A stretch of DNA of 64,000 bases from Amoebidium appalachense (lineage: Eukaryota; Protista; Ichthyosporea): assembly GCA_963693365.1 (NCBI GenBank), contig CAVNZM010000012.1, positions 5,654,889 to 5,718,888 on the forward strand, in the 5' to 3' direction. The notes under the pieces are model-generated. The model was given only the letters and a program-made list of their open reading frames with translations, had not been told where the DNA came from and did not search any database. Position 1 is the stretch's first letter. Every line of letters starts with the position of its first letter. A program made the translations under genes and the position numbers. Below, piece by piece: positions 13,301 through 25,548 of the stretch.

Positions 13301-16300
13301 CGTTCTGGACAAGCCCGTCTACGGAGTCAACGCCGTCGGCAACGTCTGTCTCACCGCCTGAAGGGGGTTACCTTGGCTAACCGTTGTCTTGGTGCCCTCA
13401 ACGAGCTGTGGGCAGGCGGCCCTTGCCCATTCCCGACCCGGTTGGTGACCAGTCACCACCATGCCCTGTGGACCTTTGTCCTTAGGGCCAGCTACGATGC
13501 TATACGCGCGGGTGTCTACGACGCTCAGCCTGCGAGTAGTGTCTTGGCTGCGTTCCCCGCGGCCTACCCTGTATTGACTGGATGGCTACCTCTCACGGCG
13601 GCAAATGCCGCTTTGCCACCCCCTGGGGTTTGGACCGGTCTTGGTGTCGGCCAGGCGGATGCCGCCTGTACCGGGTGGCATGTCGTGGGGAACGGGGTCG
13701 TCGGGCAAAATAAGATCCGCACGGGTGAGCATAAGCAGCTCACTGACACGAAAATAACACTCAAATCCAAGCAAAACAGCAATACCAAACAAGGGGCCAA
13801 TTTTGGAATACAAATGATGGCCAATGACGAGGACCAATGAAAACGGAAGCGGGGGCGTGGTCTTTGCTGGAACAAGCCGGTTCCATCCCTGCAGGCTCCG
13901 TTGGGCGGCCTGCAGGTGTGGACCCAGGCGTGGCATGAAATGCTTGATGCCGGCAGCTGTGTTGACACAGCGCTGACGCTGGCCACGCGATGGATCAATG
14001 GCATAACACTCCTCAAAATACTCCACCAGGAGGTCGTCCAGTTCGGCGGGGGACTTGGTGTCGGTACCAGGGGGCAACCAATCCAGGAACTCAACAACAG
14101 CATCCCGGTAGGACTTGAGGGTTGGGGGCTTGGTCAGCCAGAAAACCGCGAGGGACCATCTGCAGGATTGTGGGCTGACGGCAGCCAGACACAATACAAA
14201 CGAATGTTGAGGGCAAGCGTGTAGGCAGCCACCTGGCGGCATACACGGTTCAGGCGTCGGGATGCTGAACGACCCTTAGCAACAGCCCCAAGCAGCGCCG
14301 TCGAATCAAGGCCCCAAAGGTAGCGGGAGCCCCGGGCAGCCGTAGACCGACCTAATCGACGAAGCCCCAGGAGCAAGGCTTCTCCCTCCAGAATGTTGAT
14401 GTGGTCGGAGTGGCGCCAACGATGACTGATGTTGGTGGTCCACCGGCCACCAACAGCTGCCAGGATAGGTGCCGGGGGGGTCCAAATTTTTTGCTAAGTT
14501 TTGCAACTCTAGTCCCCGTTTTTCGCGCTTTTGTTCGTTTTTTCTCAAGTTTTTTTTGCCCAGGAGCGCGTGCTTAGCTTCAGCAGCATCTGGTAAGAGT
14601 TTTGCGTGCGCGCCGTTGCGTTTTCGCTGGTTTTCGGACGTTTTTTGCGGTGTCGGTTTTCCCACGTTTTTGCATTTTCCAGTCTTCGTTTTCAAGATTT
14701 CGTGCTCTAGTCTGGTTTGTGAGCATTGCAATGGCCCCTCCTCCTGCTCTGGTCGCCAAGGGGGCCGCTCTCCTCGAAAAGCTTTTGGAGATCTCTATCG
14801 ATGCGGACGACGCAAGTCTCAAAAGTCTGGCCGTTTTGCAGTGGGTGACTGCCGTGGGTGACTGACGCATCGCTGCAGCCCGGGCAAGGAGCGACGCAGG
14901 CACCCGAATAGAAAGAACAAGAGACTGGCCGGCCTGCACATATCGGCGGAGGGAGGCATGCGATCTCCACCGACCACGCAGAGCAATCGTCTCGACCGAA
15001 ACACCCCTGACGTAGTCTCTTGAGGCACCACCATGGCGAAGACTGTGAAGATGGAACCCATAATCGTTGAGGCCGAGGGAGTCACATGCCGCTTGGAACT
15101 TGGCACGCAGAACATCATACGAGAAAGGAAACCGCCGCGCAGAAGGGGGGGCACCACGGAACCAGAAAGACAGGATGGCCAACAGGGACGGATCGGTGAT
15201 GGGGACAAACTGATTTGGACCGGTCTTGGTGTCGGCCAGGCGGATGCCGCCTGTACCGGATGGCATGTTGTGGGGAACGGGGTCGTCGGGCAAAACAAGA
15301 TCCGCACAGGTGAGCATAAGCAGCTCATTGACACGAAAAAAACACTTCTTATGCCAACGTCGTCTTTACCAGCCCCAGCAAGAGTTGCAAAAACATAGCT
15401 AATAAATTGGGCCTAAAGAGACCTAAACACGCTCAGTAGCGCCGCAACTGACCTCCCTGGGGAAGCGCAAGCTCATTATATAGTGCGGCCCACATTTTTG
15501 CCTATGGAAATATGAAGAAATGACTTAGAACCTATCAAATCCATGAAATCTTCCAAAATGGAATTTTGCTGCACATCAACCAATGAAAAATTTTCACAAG
15601 TGGCTAAAACCCCAAGATCACAAAGACCAAATCGATTGCAGCCCATTCCGGACTAGATATAACTCAAACTCATCAATATATCCATATGGCATATCCCACA
15701 GAACATAAAAACAGCTAAAATAAACATGCTAGCAGCCTGAAACTTTGCACACACATCAAACACACCATGGCCTACAACCGCACGGGTGAGCATAAGCAGC
15801 TCACTGACACGAAAATAGCACTCAAATCCAAGCAAAACAACAATACCAAACAAGGGGCCAATTTTGGAATACAAATGATGGCCAATGACGAGGACCAATG
15901 AAAACGGAAGCGGGGGCGTGGTCTTTGCTGGAACAAGCCGGTTCCAGGGCCTGCAGGCTCCGTTGGGCGGCCTGCAGGTGTGGACCCAGGCGTGGCATGA
16001 AATGCTTGATGCCGGCAGCTGTGTTGACACAGCGCTGACGCTGGCCACGCGATGGATCAATGGCATAACACTCCTCAAAATACTCCACCAGGAGGTCGTC
16101 CAGTTCGGCGGGGGACTTGGTGTCGGTGCCAGGGGGCAACCTATCCAGGAACTCAACAACAGCATCCCGGTAGGCCTTGAGGGTTGGGGGCTTTATAGCC
16201 TGGTCAGCCAGAAAACCGCGAGGGACCATCTGCAGGATTGTGGGCTGACGGCAGCCACACACAATACAGACGAATGTCGAGGGCAAGCGTGTAGGCAGCC

Positions 16301-19300
16301 ACCTGGTGCCGGGGGGCGGACGGGCTTGGCTCGTGCACAGGACCAGACAGCTGGCTGTAGTGGCCACGCCGGTTGCAGTGAGGAAGCACTTCGCGGAGAA
16401 GCGTTGCTGGAAGCACCCGGGACAGCACTGCACCACCCAACAAGGAAGCATCAGTGCAGAACATGGTGCTAGCAAACCCAGAACGCAAATCACAACCCAT
16501 CAAAGGGGCCAAAGCACACATCGCCTGAAGCTCCCACACCACGGGCGGGGGAAGGGGCTGTTCCCGACCCCCCAGCTGCTCCACAAAACTGTAGACGGCA
16601 CTCAGAACCGACAAAAGCGGCCGCTGCAGCAGTGCCGCCCACACCCAACCACCAAGCAACTGCTGCAAACGGAGCTGCGTGACGACACCACGACTCAACA
16701 CGGCCTGGGTTTCCGCCACCAGACGGCACAAGGAAGCGCCACACGGTCGTAATATCCCAGAGCGATGCATTTCCAGGCCTAGCAGCACCATAGAGGATGA
16801 CGAACCAGCAGCCACATCTTGACATTGGAGGGAAGACCAGCCGGGCCGGTGACGCCATGATACGATTCACGCTGACGATGGATGGCGGTGGCATCTGTGC
16901 CGACCCAGCCACAGTCGTCCACATACAGGGCATGCTGCGTGGCCTCCACAGGCCGCAGCACTATCGCACAGAGGCGCTCAATGCGGGGCATGCCGGCTCG
17001 GTCAGCCAACTGCCCATGGACGTCTTGAGCCACAAGCACAGAATGCACCCAGCCCGTGGGCACGGTCTTGAGGGCCGGGTACACAAGCCGGTCGGGCCCA
17101 GAAATGCCAACAGCCTCCGAAGACACAGGCGGCAATCCGAAGTACCGCCACAGCCACTCCGGGGCAAGAAGACGATGGAACTGGTTGTCGATGTCCGACT
17201 TGCCAAAATAGAGGCAATCCTCAGGCCCCAGCAACAGATCGGCAAAATCGGCAGGTTTGGGCAGGTGCACCTTGAGGGCAGGATGATCACGGGCAAAGAA
17301 CAGGTTGCCACGGCAGCCGTCAAAAATGACGCGGGCTCTGGTGTCTTTGGGGACCCCAAACAGCCCATTCTTATGCCAACGTCGTCTTTGCCAGCCCCAG
17401 CAAGGGGATACATGAGCCGGTGCCTGTGGATCAATCTCACAAGCAGGCACAGGTGTGCTCCACAGGAGCAATGAAAAGAATGACAAATGTCATACAGAAA
17501 CATGCTCAAAAAACGTAGCCTAGTGCCTAAATAGGCAAAGGGTGTGGTGGGTGGGCAAAAACTTAGCTACAAAATTGGGCCTAAAGAGACCTAAACGCGC
17601 TCAGTAGCGCCGCAACTGACCTCCCTGGGGCCGCGCAAGCTCATTATAGAGCGCGGCCCACATTTTTGCTTATGGAAATATGAAGAAATGACTTAGAACC
17701 TATCAAATCCATGAAATCTACCAAAATGGAATTTTTGCTGCACATCAACCAATGAAAAATTTTCACAAGTGGCTAAAACCCCTAGATCATAAAGACCAAA
17801 TCGATTGCCGCCCATTTCGGACTAGATATAACTCAAACTCATCAATATATCCATGTGGCATATCCCACAGAACATAAAAACAGCTACAGCTCCCTAAATA
17901 AAAATGCTAGCAGCCTGAAACTTTGCACACACATCACACACACCAAGACCTACAACATGTTACTACTACGAATTTTACAGCACACTCGCAACACACAATT
18001 TCACTCCAACGGGGCTATCTAATTCTCCTGCAAAGAAAACACGTTTACAAACTTAATATTGATGGCCAGTGGTTTTTCCTTCGCCTCGAAATAGTGCACC
18101 ATGCCGCAGTCTTGAAGCCGAAGAAGCAGGGGACCGTATTCCCCACTGGGAACGTGATGCGCCGGTCGGAAGCGGCGCAGCTCTGCAGGTGTCGGCGGAA
18201 CAGGCTTGAGAAGGCCGCCGTCGCAGTTGGCCAAAAACGGCTCAGCGTAGGAGACAAAAACTGCAACACGTCCACTGTGGCTCCAACCCCAGGGGGTGGC
18301 AAAGCGGCATTTGCCGCCGTGAGAGGTAGCCATCCTGTCAATACAGGGTAGGCCGCGGGGAACGCAGCCAAGACACTACTCGCAGGCTGAGCGTCGTAGA
18401 TTCCCGCGCGTATAGCATCGTAGCTGGCCCTAAGGACAAAGGTCCACAGGGCATGGTGGTGACTGTTCACCAACCGGGTCGGGAATGGGCAAGGGCCGCC
18501 TGCCCACAGCTCGTTGAGGGCACCAAGACAACGGTTAGCCAAGGTAACCCCCTTCAGGCGGTGAGACAGACGTTGCCGACGGCGTTGACTCCGTAGACGG
18601 GCTTGTCCAGAACGGTCCGGCACAGGAATGGCCGGAACAGGAAACAAATCAGAGGCGGCAAAGACATGACGTGGCATAGCTGTGGAATCCTTAGAAAAAT
18701 TAGGGGGCATATTTAATCAAGGGCACGTGGCAGGAAACCACAAGAAAATAATATACAGAACCGCGTGCCGAACCCCCAAAGGGCTGTTTAGGCCCTGTGC
18801 CCACCGGTCCCCGGAGGGGTCGATGGACTGGCTCCGGATGGGCCACTGCCGGGACCGCGCCGAGCTCAGCAGTCTGCACAGCCAGCAGACGGCGCACACC
18901 AACTTCCACAGCAGGTGACTCCTTGCGGGCCTTAGGGTCGGCGGCCAGCAGCAGATCCAGCGTACGGGCAAGCGTCAGAGCCTCCCGTTTGTTGCGGTAG
19001 CTGACCCAATCCGCCGTGTGGACAGCCGCAGTGAACGAGGCCTGGTCAGCCAAGGTGCTCTTGAGGTAGGAAGGGGCCAGACGTTCTTTGACGCGCAGGT
19101 TGACTTTGGCGCCGCTGGAGAGCAGATAACGGCTGGGGTTGGGTTTGGAACGGCCAGAAAAACGACGGCTGCGAGAGGAACGACCGTAGCCACTGCTGCT
19201 GGAATCAGAATCCTCACTCGACGATGGGGTGTCTTCACTGCCGGTGTCGTACGCATAGACAGGCTCCTTGCCCTTTGCCCGCGCAGACAGCGTGCTCAGC

Positions 19301-20594
19301 AGGCCGCCGGCAGTTGGCTTCTTGGGGCGACCAGACTGGGCAACAGAGAGGGCTTGCACTTGGGCAGAAAGCGCCTGCAGCTTCTCTTGGACGTCTACAC
19401 CGTCAGAATGCCGCTGGGGAGAGGGCGACCCAGGTGGGGGGGAGGCACGGCCGCTGCGAATAGTGCGACAGAGCAAGTGCAGCTGGTCGGCGACTTTCCA
19501 ACCGACCATCTCAGGGTCATCAAAAGCCACCGAGCGCGCCTTCAGGGCTGAAACCACACTGTTGACGGTTTCTGCCGGCAGGCTGTTCCAGGGGAGGGCA
19601 TTGGACTGCAAAACGACCAGACTTTTGAGACTTGCGTCGTCCGCATCGGTAGAGATCTCCAAAAGCTTTTCAAGGAGAGCGGCGTGTTGGGCGGCCTGCA
19701 GGTGTGGACCCAGGCGTGGCATGAAATGCTTGATGCCGGCAGCTGTGTTGACACAGCGCTGACGCTGGCCAGGCGATGGATCAATGGCATAACACTCCTC
19801 AAAATACTCCACCAGTAGGTCGTCCAGTTCGGCGGGGGACTTGGTGTCGGTGCCAGGGGGCAACCAATCAGGAACTCAACAACAGCATCCAGGTAGGCCT
19901 TGAGGGTTGGGGGCTTTATAGCCTGGTCAGCCAGAAAACCGCCAGGGACCATCTGCAGGATTGTGGGCTGACGGCAGCCACACACAATACCTGCCTACAC
20001 TATGCTAATCAGCACAGGGACTGGACGCACACAGCAGTCAAAAGGCTCTACATCCCCGAATATTCGCTACCAATATCACCTGCATATCTCGCACACGGAG
20101 TCCTGTTACTCTGTCTCCGGTGCTGTCCAATGTTCTTGCAAAGAAAAAACGTTTACAAACTAATCATTATATTCGAAACAAAATGTGTTCTTATGCCAAC
20201 GTCGTCTTTACCAGCCCCAGCAAGGGGATACATGAGCCGGTGCCTGTGGGTCAATCTCACAAGCAGGCACCGGTGTGCTCCACAGGAGCAATTAAAAGAA
20301 TATTTAATTTGCAGGAGAATTATATATAACCCCGTTGGAGTGAGATTGTGTGTTGCGAGTGTGCTGTAACATTCATAGTAGTTGCATGTTGTAGGCCTTG
20401 GTATGTTTGATGCGTGTGCAAAGTCTCAGGCTGCTAGCATTTTTATTGAGGGAGCTGTAGCTGTTTTTATGTTCTGTTGGATATGCCATATGGATATAAT
20501 GATGTGTTTGAGTTATATCTAGTCCGAAATGGGCGGCAATTGATTTGGTCTTTGTGATCTAGGGGTTTTAGCCACTTGTGAAAAATTTTCATTG
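10318..20594. repeat. Copy 2 of the 10.3-kb tandem repeat
   Basis: Near-identical to 1-10317 apart from a few substitutions, one extra G near 11790 and a 41-bp deletion near 19685. Confidence 0.95.
17368..18058 (-). mobile_element. Solo A-spacer-B unit (tandem-repeat copy of 7050-7740)
   Basis: Same sequence and same flanks as 7050-7740. Confidence 0.92.
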
Positions 20595-21060
20595 GTTGAT
20601 GTGCAGCAAAAATTCCATTTTGGTAGATTTCATGGATTTGATAGGTTCTAAGTCTTTCTTCATATTTCCAGAGGCGAAAATGTGGGCCGCGCTATGTAAT
20701 GAGTTTGCGCGGCCCCAGGGAGGTCAGTTGCGGCGCTACTGAGCGCGTTCAGGTCTCTTTAGGCCCAATCTTTTAGCTAAGTTTTTGCAACTCTAGTCCC
20801 CGTTTTTCGCGCGGTTGTTCGTTTTTTCTCTAGTTTTTTTTGCCCAGGAGCGCGTGCGTAGCTTAGGCAGAGCATTTGGTAAGAATTTTGCGTGCACGCC
20901 GTTGCGTTTTAGCTGGTGTTCGGACGTTTTTTGAGGTGTCGTTTTTCCCGCGTTTTTGTATTTTCCAGTCTTCGTTTTCAAGTTTTCGTGCTCTAGTCTG
21001 GTTTTTGAGCATTGCAATGACCCCTCCTCCTGCTCTGGTCGCCAAGGGGGCCGCTCTCCT
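20595..21060. repeat. Start of a third unit; the array ends inside A-repeat/ORF1 homology
   Basis: Matches 1-~470, then substitutions accumulate and ORF1 continues normally past 21128 instead of taking the junction seen at 533. Confidence 0.8.
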
Positions 21061-21686
21061 CGAAACGCTTTTGGAGATCTCTACCGATGCTGACGACGCA
21101 AGCCTCAAAAGTCTGGCCGTTTTGCAGTCCAACGCCCTCCCCTGGAACAGCCTGCCGGCAGAAACCGTCAACAGTGTGATTTCTTTCAGCCCTCAAGGCG
21201 CGCTCGGTGGCTTTTGATGACCCTGAGATGGTCGGTTGGAAAGTCACCGACCAGCTGCACTTGCTCTGTCGCACTCCTCGCAGCGGACGTGCCTTCCCCC
21301 CACCTGGGTCGCCCTCTCCCCAGCATCGTTCTAACGGTGTAGACGTCCAAGAGCAGCTGCAGGCGCTTTCTGTCCAAGTACAAGCCCTCTCTGTTGCCCA
21401 GTCTGGTCGCCCCAAGAAGCCCTCTGCCGGCGGCCTCCTGAGCTCGCTGTCTGCGCGGCCAAAGGGCAAGGAGCCTGTCCATGTGTCTGACACCGGCAGT
21501 GAAGACACCCCATTGTCGAGTGAGGATTCTTCTTCCAGCAGCAATGGCTACGGTCGTTCCTCTCGCAGCCGTCGTTCCTCTGGCCGTTCCAAACTCAATT
21601 CCAGCCGTTACCTGCTCTCCAGCGGCGCCAAAGTCAACCTGCGCGTCAAAGAACGTCTGGCCCCTTCCTACTCAAGAGCACCTTGG
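21017..21686 (+). pseudogene. Family 1 ORF1 5' two-thirds, frameshifted
   Basis: ORFs 20876-21217 and 21207-21764 match ORF1. Confidence 0.85.
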
Positions 21687-22140
21687 CCTGCAAACACCGG
21701 CGGAGGGAGGCATGCGATCTCCACCGACCACACAGAGCAATCGTCTCTACTGAAACACCCCTGACGTAGTCTCTCGAGGCACCACCAGGGCGAAGACTGT
21801 GAAGATGGAACCCATACTCGTTGAGGCCGAGGGAGTCACATGCCGCTTGGAACTTGGCACGCAGAACATCATACGAGAAAGGAAACAGCCGCGCAGAAGG
21901 GGGGGCACCACGGAACCAGAAAGACAGGATGGTCAACAGGGATGGATCGGTCTCAGCAGTCTGCACAGCCAGCAGACGGCGCACACCAACTTCCACAGCA
22001 GGCGACTCCTTGCGGGCCTTAGGGTCGGCAGCCAGCAGCAGCTCCAGCATACGGGCAAGCGTCAGAGCCTCCTGTTTGTTCCGGTAGCTGACCCAATCCG
22101 CCGCGTGGACACCCGCAGTGACCGAAGCCTGGTCAGCCAA
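21687..22140 (-). pseudogene. Fusion of ORF1 middle to YR C-terminal fragment
   Basis: ORF 21646-22140 reads ADQASVT...QTAE (ORF1) then TDPSLL...HSLRPGG (YR). Confidence 0.85.
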
Positions 22141-22832
22141 TATTAAGTTTGTGAACGTGTTTTTTTTGCAGGAGAATTAGATAGCCCCGTTGGAGTGAAA
22201 TTGTGTGTTGCGAGTGTGCTGTAAATTTCTTGGTAGTATAATGCTGTAGGCCATGGTGTGTTTGATGTGTGTGCAAAGTTTCAGGCTGCTAGCATTTTTA
22301 TTTAGGGAGCTGTAGCTGTTTTTATGTTCTGTGGGATATGCCATATGGATATATTGATGAGTTTGAGTTATATCTAGTCCGAAATGGGCGGCAATCGATT
22401 TGGTCTTTATGATCTAGGGGTTTTAGCCACTTGTGAAAATTTTTCATTGGTTGATGTGCAGCAAAAATTCCATTTTGGTAGATTTCATGGATTTGATAGG
22501 TTCTAAGTCATTTCTTCATATTTCCATAGGCAAAAATGTGGGCCGCGCTCTATAATGAGCTTGCGCGACCCCAGGGAGGTCAGTTGCGGCGCTACTGAGC
22601 GCGTTTAGGTCTCTTTAGGCCCAATTTTTTTAGCTGAGTTTTTGCCCACCCACCACACCCTTTGCCTATTTAGGCACTAGGCTACGTTTTTTGAGCATGT
22701 TTCTGTATGACATTTGTCATTCTTTTCATTGCTCCTGTGGAGCACACCTGTGCCTTCTTGTGAGATTGATCCACAGGCACCGGCTCATGTATCCCCTTGC
22801 TGGGGCTGGTAAAGACGACGTTGGCATAAGAA
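22141..22832 (+). mobile_element. Solo A-spacer-B unit (692 bp) inserted antisense in ORF1
   Basis: A 22141-22645, B 22737-22832; flanks GGTCAGCCAA|GATGCTCTTGAGG rejoin the ORF1 reverse strand. Confidence 0.92.
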
Positions 22833-22909
22833 GATGCTCTTGAGGTAGGAAGGGGCCAGATGTTCAAAGAACGTCTGGGCCAGATGTTCAAAGAACGTCT
22901 GGCCCCTTC

Positions 22910-23210
22910 ATCGGCTCATGTATTCCCTTGCTGGGGCTGGTAAAGACGACGTTGGCATAAGAAATGCCATTGATCCATCGCGTGGCCAGCGTCAACGCTG
23001 TGTCAACACAGCTGCCGACATCAAGCATTTCATGCCACGCCTGGGTCCACACCTGCAGGCCGCCCAACGAAGCCTGCAGGGCTGGAACCGGCTTGTTCCA
23101 GCAAAGACCACGCCCCCGCTTCCGTTTTCTTTGGTCCTTGTCATTGGCCATCATTTATATTTTAAAATTGGCCCCTTGTTTGGTATTGCTGTTTTGCTTG
23201 GATTTGAGTG
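22910..23210 (+). mobile_element. B-repeat end joined to a YR N-terminal fragment
   Basis: CATAAGAA then AIDPSRGQ...LLGFEC (ORF 22918-23358). Confidence 0.8.
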
Positions 23211-23216
23211 TTGCCG

Positions 23217-23623
23217 TTATGCCGATTTGCCGTTATGCTCAGCAAAGTCCCTTGCAGACCTGAGAACTTCAGCACGAGAAACCCCTAACCCCCTCCCAGC
23301 CAGGAACACCAGCCCACTAGCAAGGCCAATCCCTCATCTGCTGTTAGAATGGGCTTAGGGCCCGGTGTCTTGTTTCCATACTCAGGGTCTTTTGCGTGTC
23401 TGTAGAGGGTTGCAATGGAAAAGCCAGTGGTTGCAGCTACTTCGGCAACCCGTTGCTTGACTGAGCTTCTCTTCTTTAGCTGTCTAGTTGCCTGTTCCAT
23501 GAACATGAGATAATACTTGGGCCCGTACTTGTAACCCTGCTTTATTACACTAGGTTCACTGCGGGTGGGCCCTTTTTTGCGAAGCTCTGGCATAGGCTTG
23601 TTTTTTTGGGGAACCTTTGCCAT
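23217..23623 (-). pseudogene. pogo/Tigger-like transposase N-terminal DNA-binding fragment (tandem HTH, CENP-B-like)
   Basis: VAEVAATTGFSIATLYRH...PGPKPILTADE..LLVGWC, continuing after a frameshift as GLGVSRAEVLRSARDFA; this resembles the psq-type HTH plus CENP-B HTH pattern. No DDE domain is present. Confidence 0.6.
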
Positions 23624-24069
23624 TTCCTGACACGCAGTTAAAACAGTGCTGTACTATGCATACTAGTGTTGTGGTCAACTATGAAGGCCAACGCTATCCC
23701 GAGCATCACGTGCTCACACAGCTACCTACCCCTACAATATTACACCCAAAACAAAGGCCCAAGCTACTCAAAAACACCTATTCAGTTGAAAAGAAAGTGT
23801 TTGTGCCCGTTTATTATGTAGAAAACATGTCCAAAGGGTTTCGACCCGCAGCTCATGAGAGCTCACATTTCACGTTCTGGGTATCGGAGAAGCGCCGTTT
23901 TTTTTTCCGTTGCAGGTCTGAGTGTCAGTAACCGCCCCACCCAATTCCCCGCGCATATTCAAAATAACCAATGAGAAAAAAACGCATGAAGAAAGAAAAT
24001 AACCAAGTATGGGATCATAAGTTTCTCACGATATATCGGTCTCTCAAGATTCGTAGGATTGCCCCTACA

Positions 24070-24819
24070 CCATATGGATATATTGATGAGTGTGAGTTAT
24101 ATCTAGTCCGAAATGGGCGGCAATTGATTTGGTCTTTGTGATCTAGGGGTTTTAGCCACTTGTGAAAATTTTCATTGGTTGAGGTGCAGCAAAAATTCCA
24201 TTTTGGTAGATTTCATGGATTTGATAGATAGGTTCTAAGTCATTTCTTCATATTTCCAGAAGCAAAAATGTCGGCCGCGCTATATAATGAGCTTGCGCGG
24301 CCCCAGGCAGATCAGTTGAGGCGCTACTGAGCGCGTTTAGGTCTCTCTAGGCCCAATTTTTTAGCTAAGTTTTTGCAACTCTAGTCCCCGTTTTTCGCGC
24401 TGTTTTTCGTTTTTTCTCTAGTTTTTCTCATTTTTTCTAGTTTCTAGTTTCATCTAGTTTTTTTTTTTTCCTGAGGATTCCACAGCTATGCCACGACATG
24501 TCTTTCCCCCCTCTGATTTGTTTCCTGTTCCGGCCATTCCTGTGCCGGACCGTTCTGGGAAAGACCGTTTACGGAGTTGTCGGAAACGTTTGTCTCACCG
24601 CCTGAAGGGGTTATAGGAGTCAGTTGCGGCGCTACTGAGCGCGTTTAGGTCTCTTTAGGCCCCATTTTTTAGCTAAGTTTTTTGAAACTCTAGTCCCCGT
24701 TTTTCGCGCTGTTGTTCGTTTTTTCTCTAGTTGTTTTTGCCCAGGAGCGCGCGCATAGCTTCGGCAGCATCTGGTAAAAGTTTTGCGTGCGCACCGTTGC
24801 GTTTTAGCTGGGTTTCGGA
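24070..24819 (+). mobile_element. Two deleted family 1 5' ends (partial A, leader, RT ORF start)
   Basis: Match to the A repeat 3' half, the leader and GGATTCCACAGCTATGCC. Confidence 0.8.
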
Positions 24820-25322
24820 TATTTAGTTTGTAAACGTGTTTTCTTTGCAGAAGAATTAGATAGCCCCGTTGGAGTGCAATTGTGTGTTGCTAGTGTGCTG
24901 TAAAATTCGTAGTAGTAGCATGTTGTAGGCCTTGGTGTGTTTGGTGTGTGTGCAGAGTTTCAGGCTGCAAGCATTTTAATTTAGGGAGCTGTAGCTGTTT
25001 TTATGAACTGTGGGATATGCCATATGGATATATTGATGAGTTTGAGTTATATCTAGTCTGAAATGGGCGGTAATTGATTTGGTCTTTGTGATCTAGGGGT
25101 TTTAGCCACTTGTGAAAAATTTTCATTGGTTGATGTGCAGCAAAAATTCCATTTTGGTAGATTTCATGGATTTGATAGGTTTTAAGTCATTTCTTCATAT
25201 TTCCATAGGCAAAAATGTGGGCCGCGCTATATAATGAGCTTGCGCGGCCCCAGGGAGGTCAGTTGCGGCGCTACTGAGCGCGTTTAGGTCTCTTTAGGCC
25301 CAATTTTTTAGCTAAGTTTTGC
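24820..25322 (+). repeat. A1 split direct repeat (~503 bp)
   Basis: Direct repeat of 30415-30923. Confidence 0.92.
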
Positions 25323-25548
25323 AACTCTAGTCCCCGTTTTTCGCGCTGTTGTTCGTTTTTTCTCTAGTTTGTTTTGCACAGGAGCGCGCGCTTAGATTAG
25401 GCAGCATCTCATAAGAGTTTTGCGTGCGCGCGGCTGCGTTTTAGCTGGTTTTCGGACGTTTTTTGCGGTGTCGGTTTTCCCGCGTTTTTGCATTTTCCAG
25501 TCTTCGTTTTCAAGTTTTCGTGCTCTAGTCTGGTTTGTGAGCATTGCA

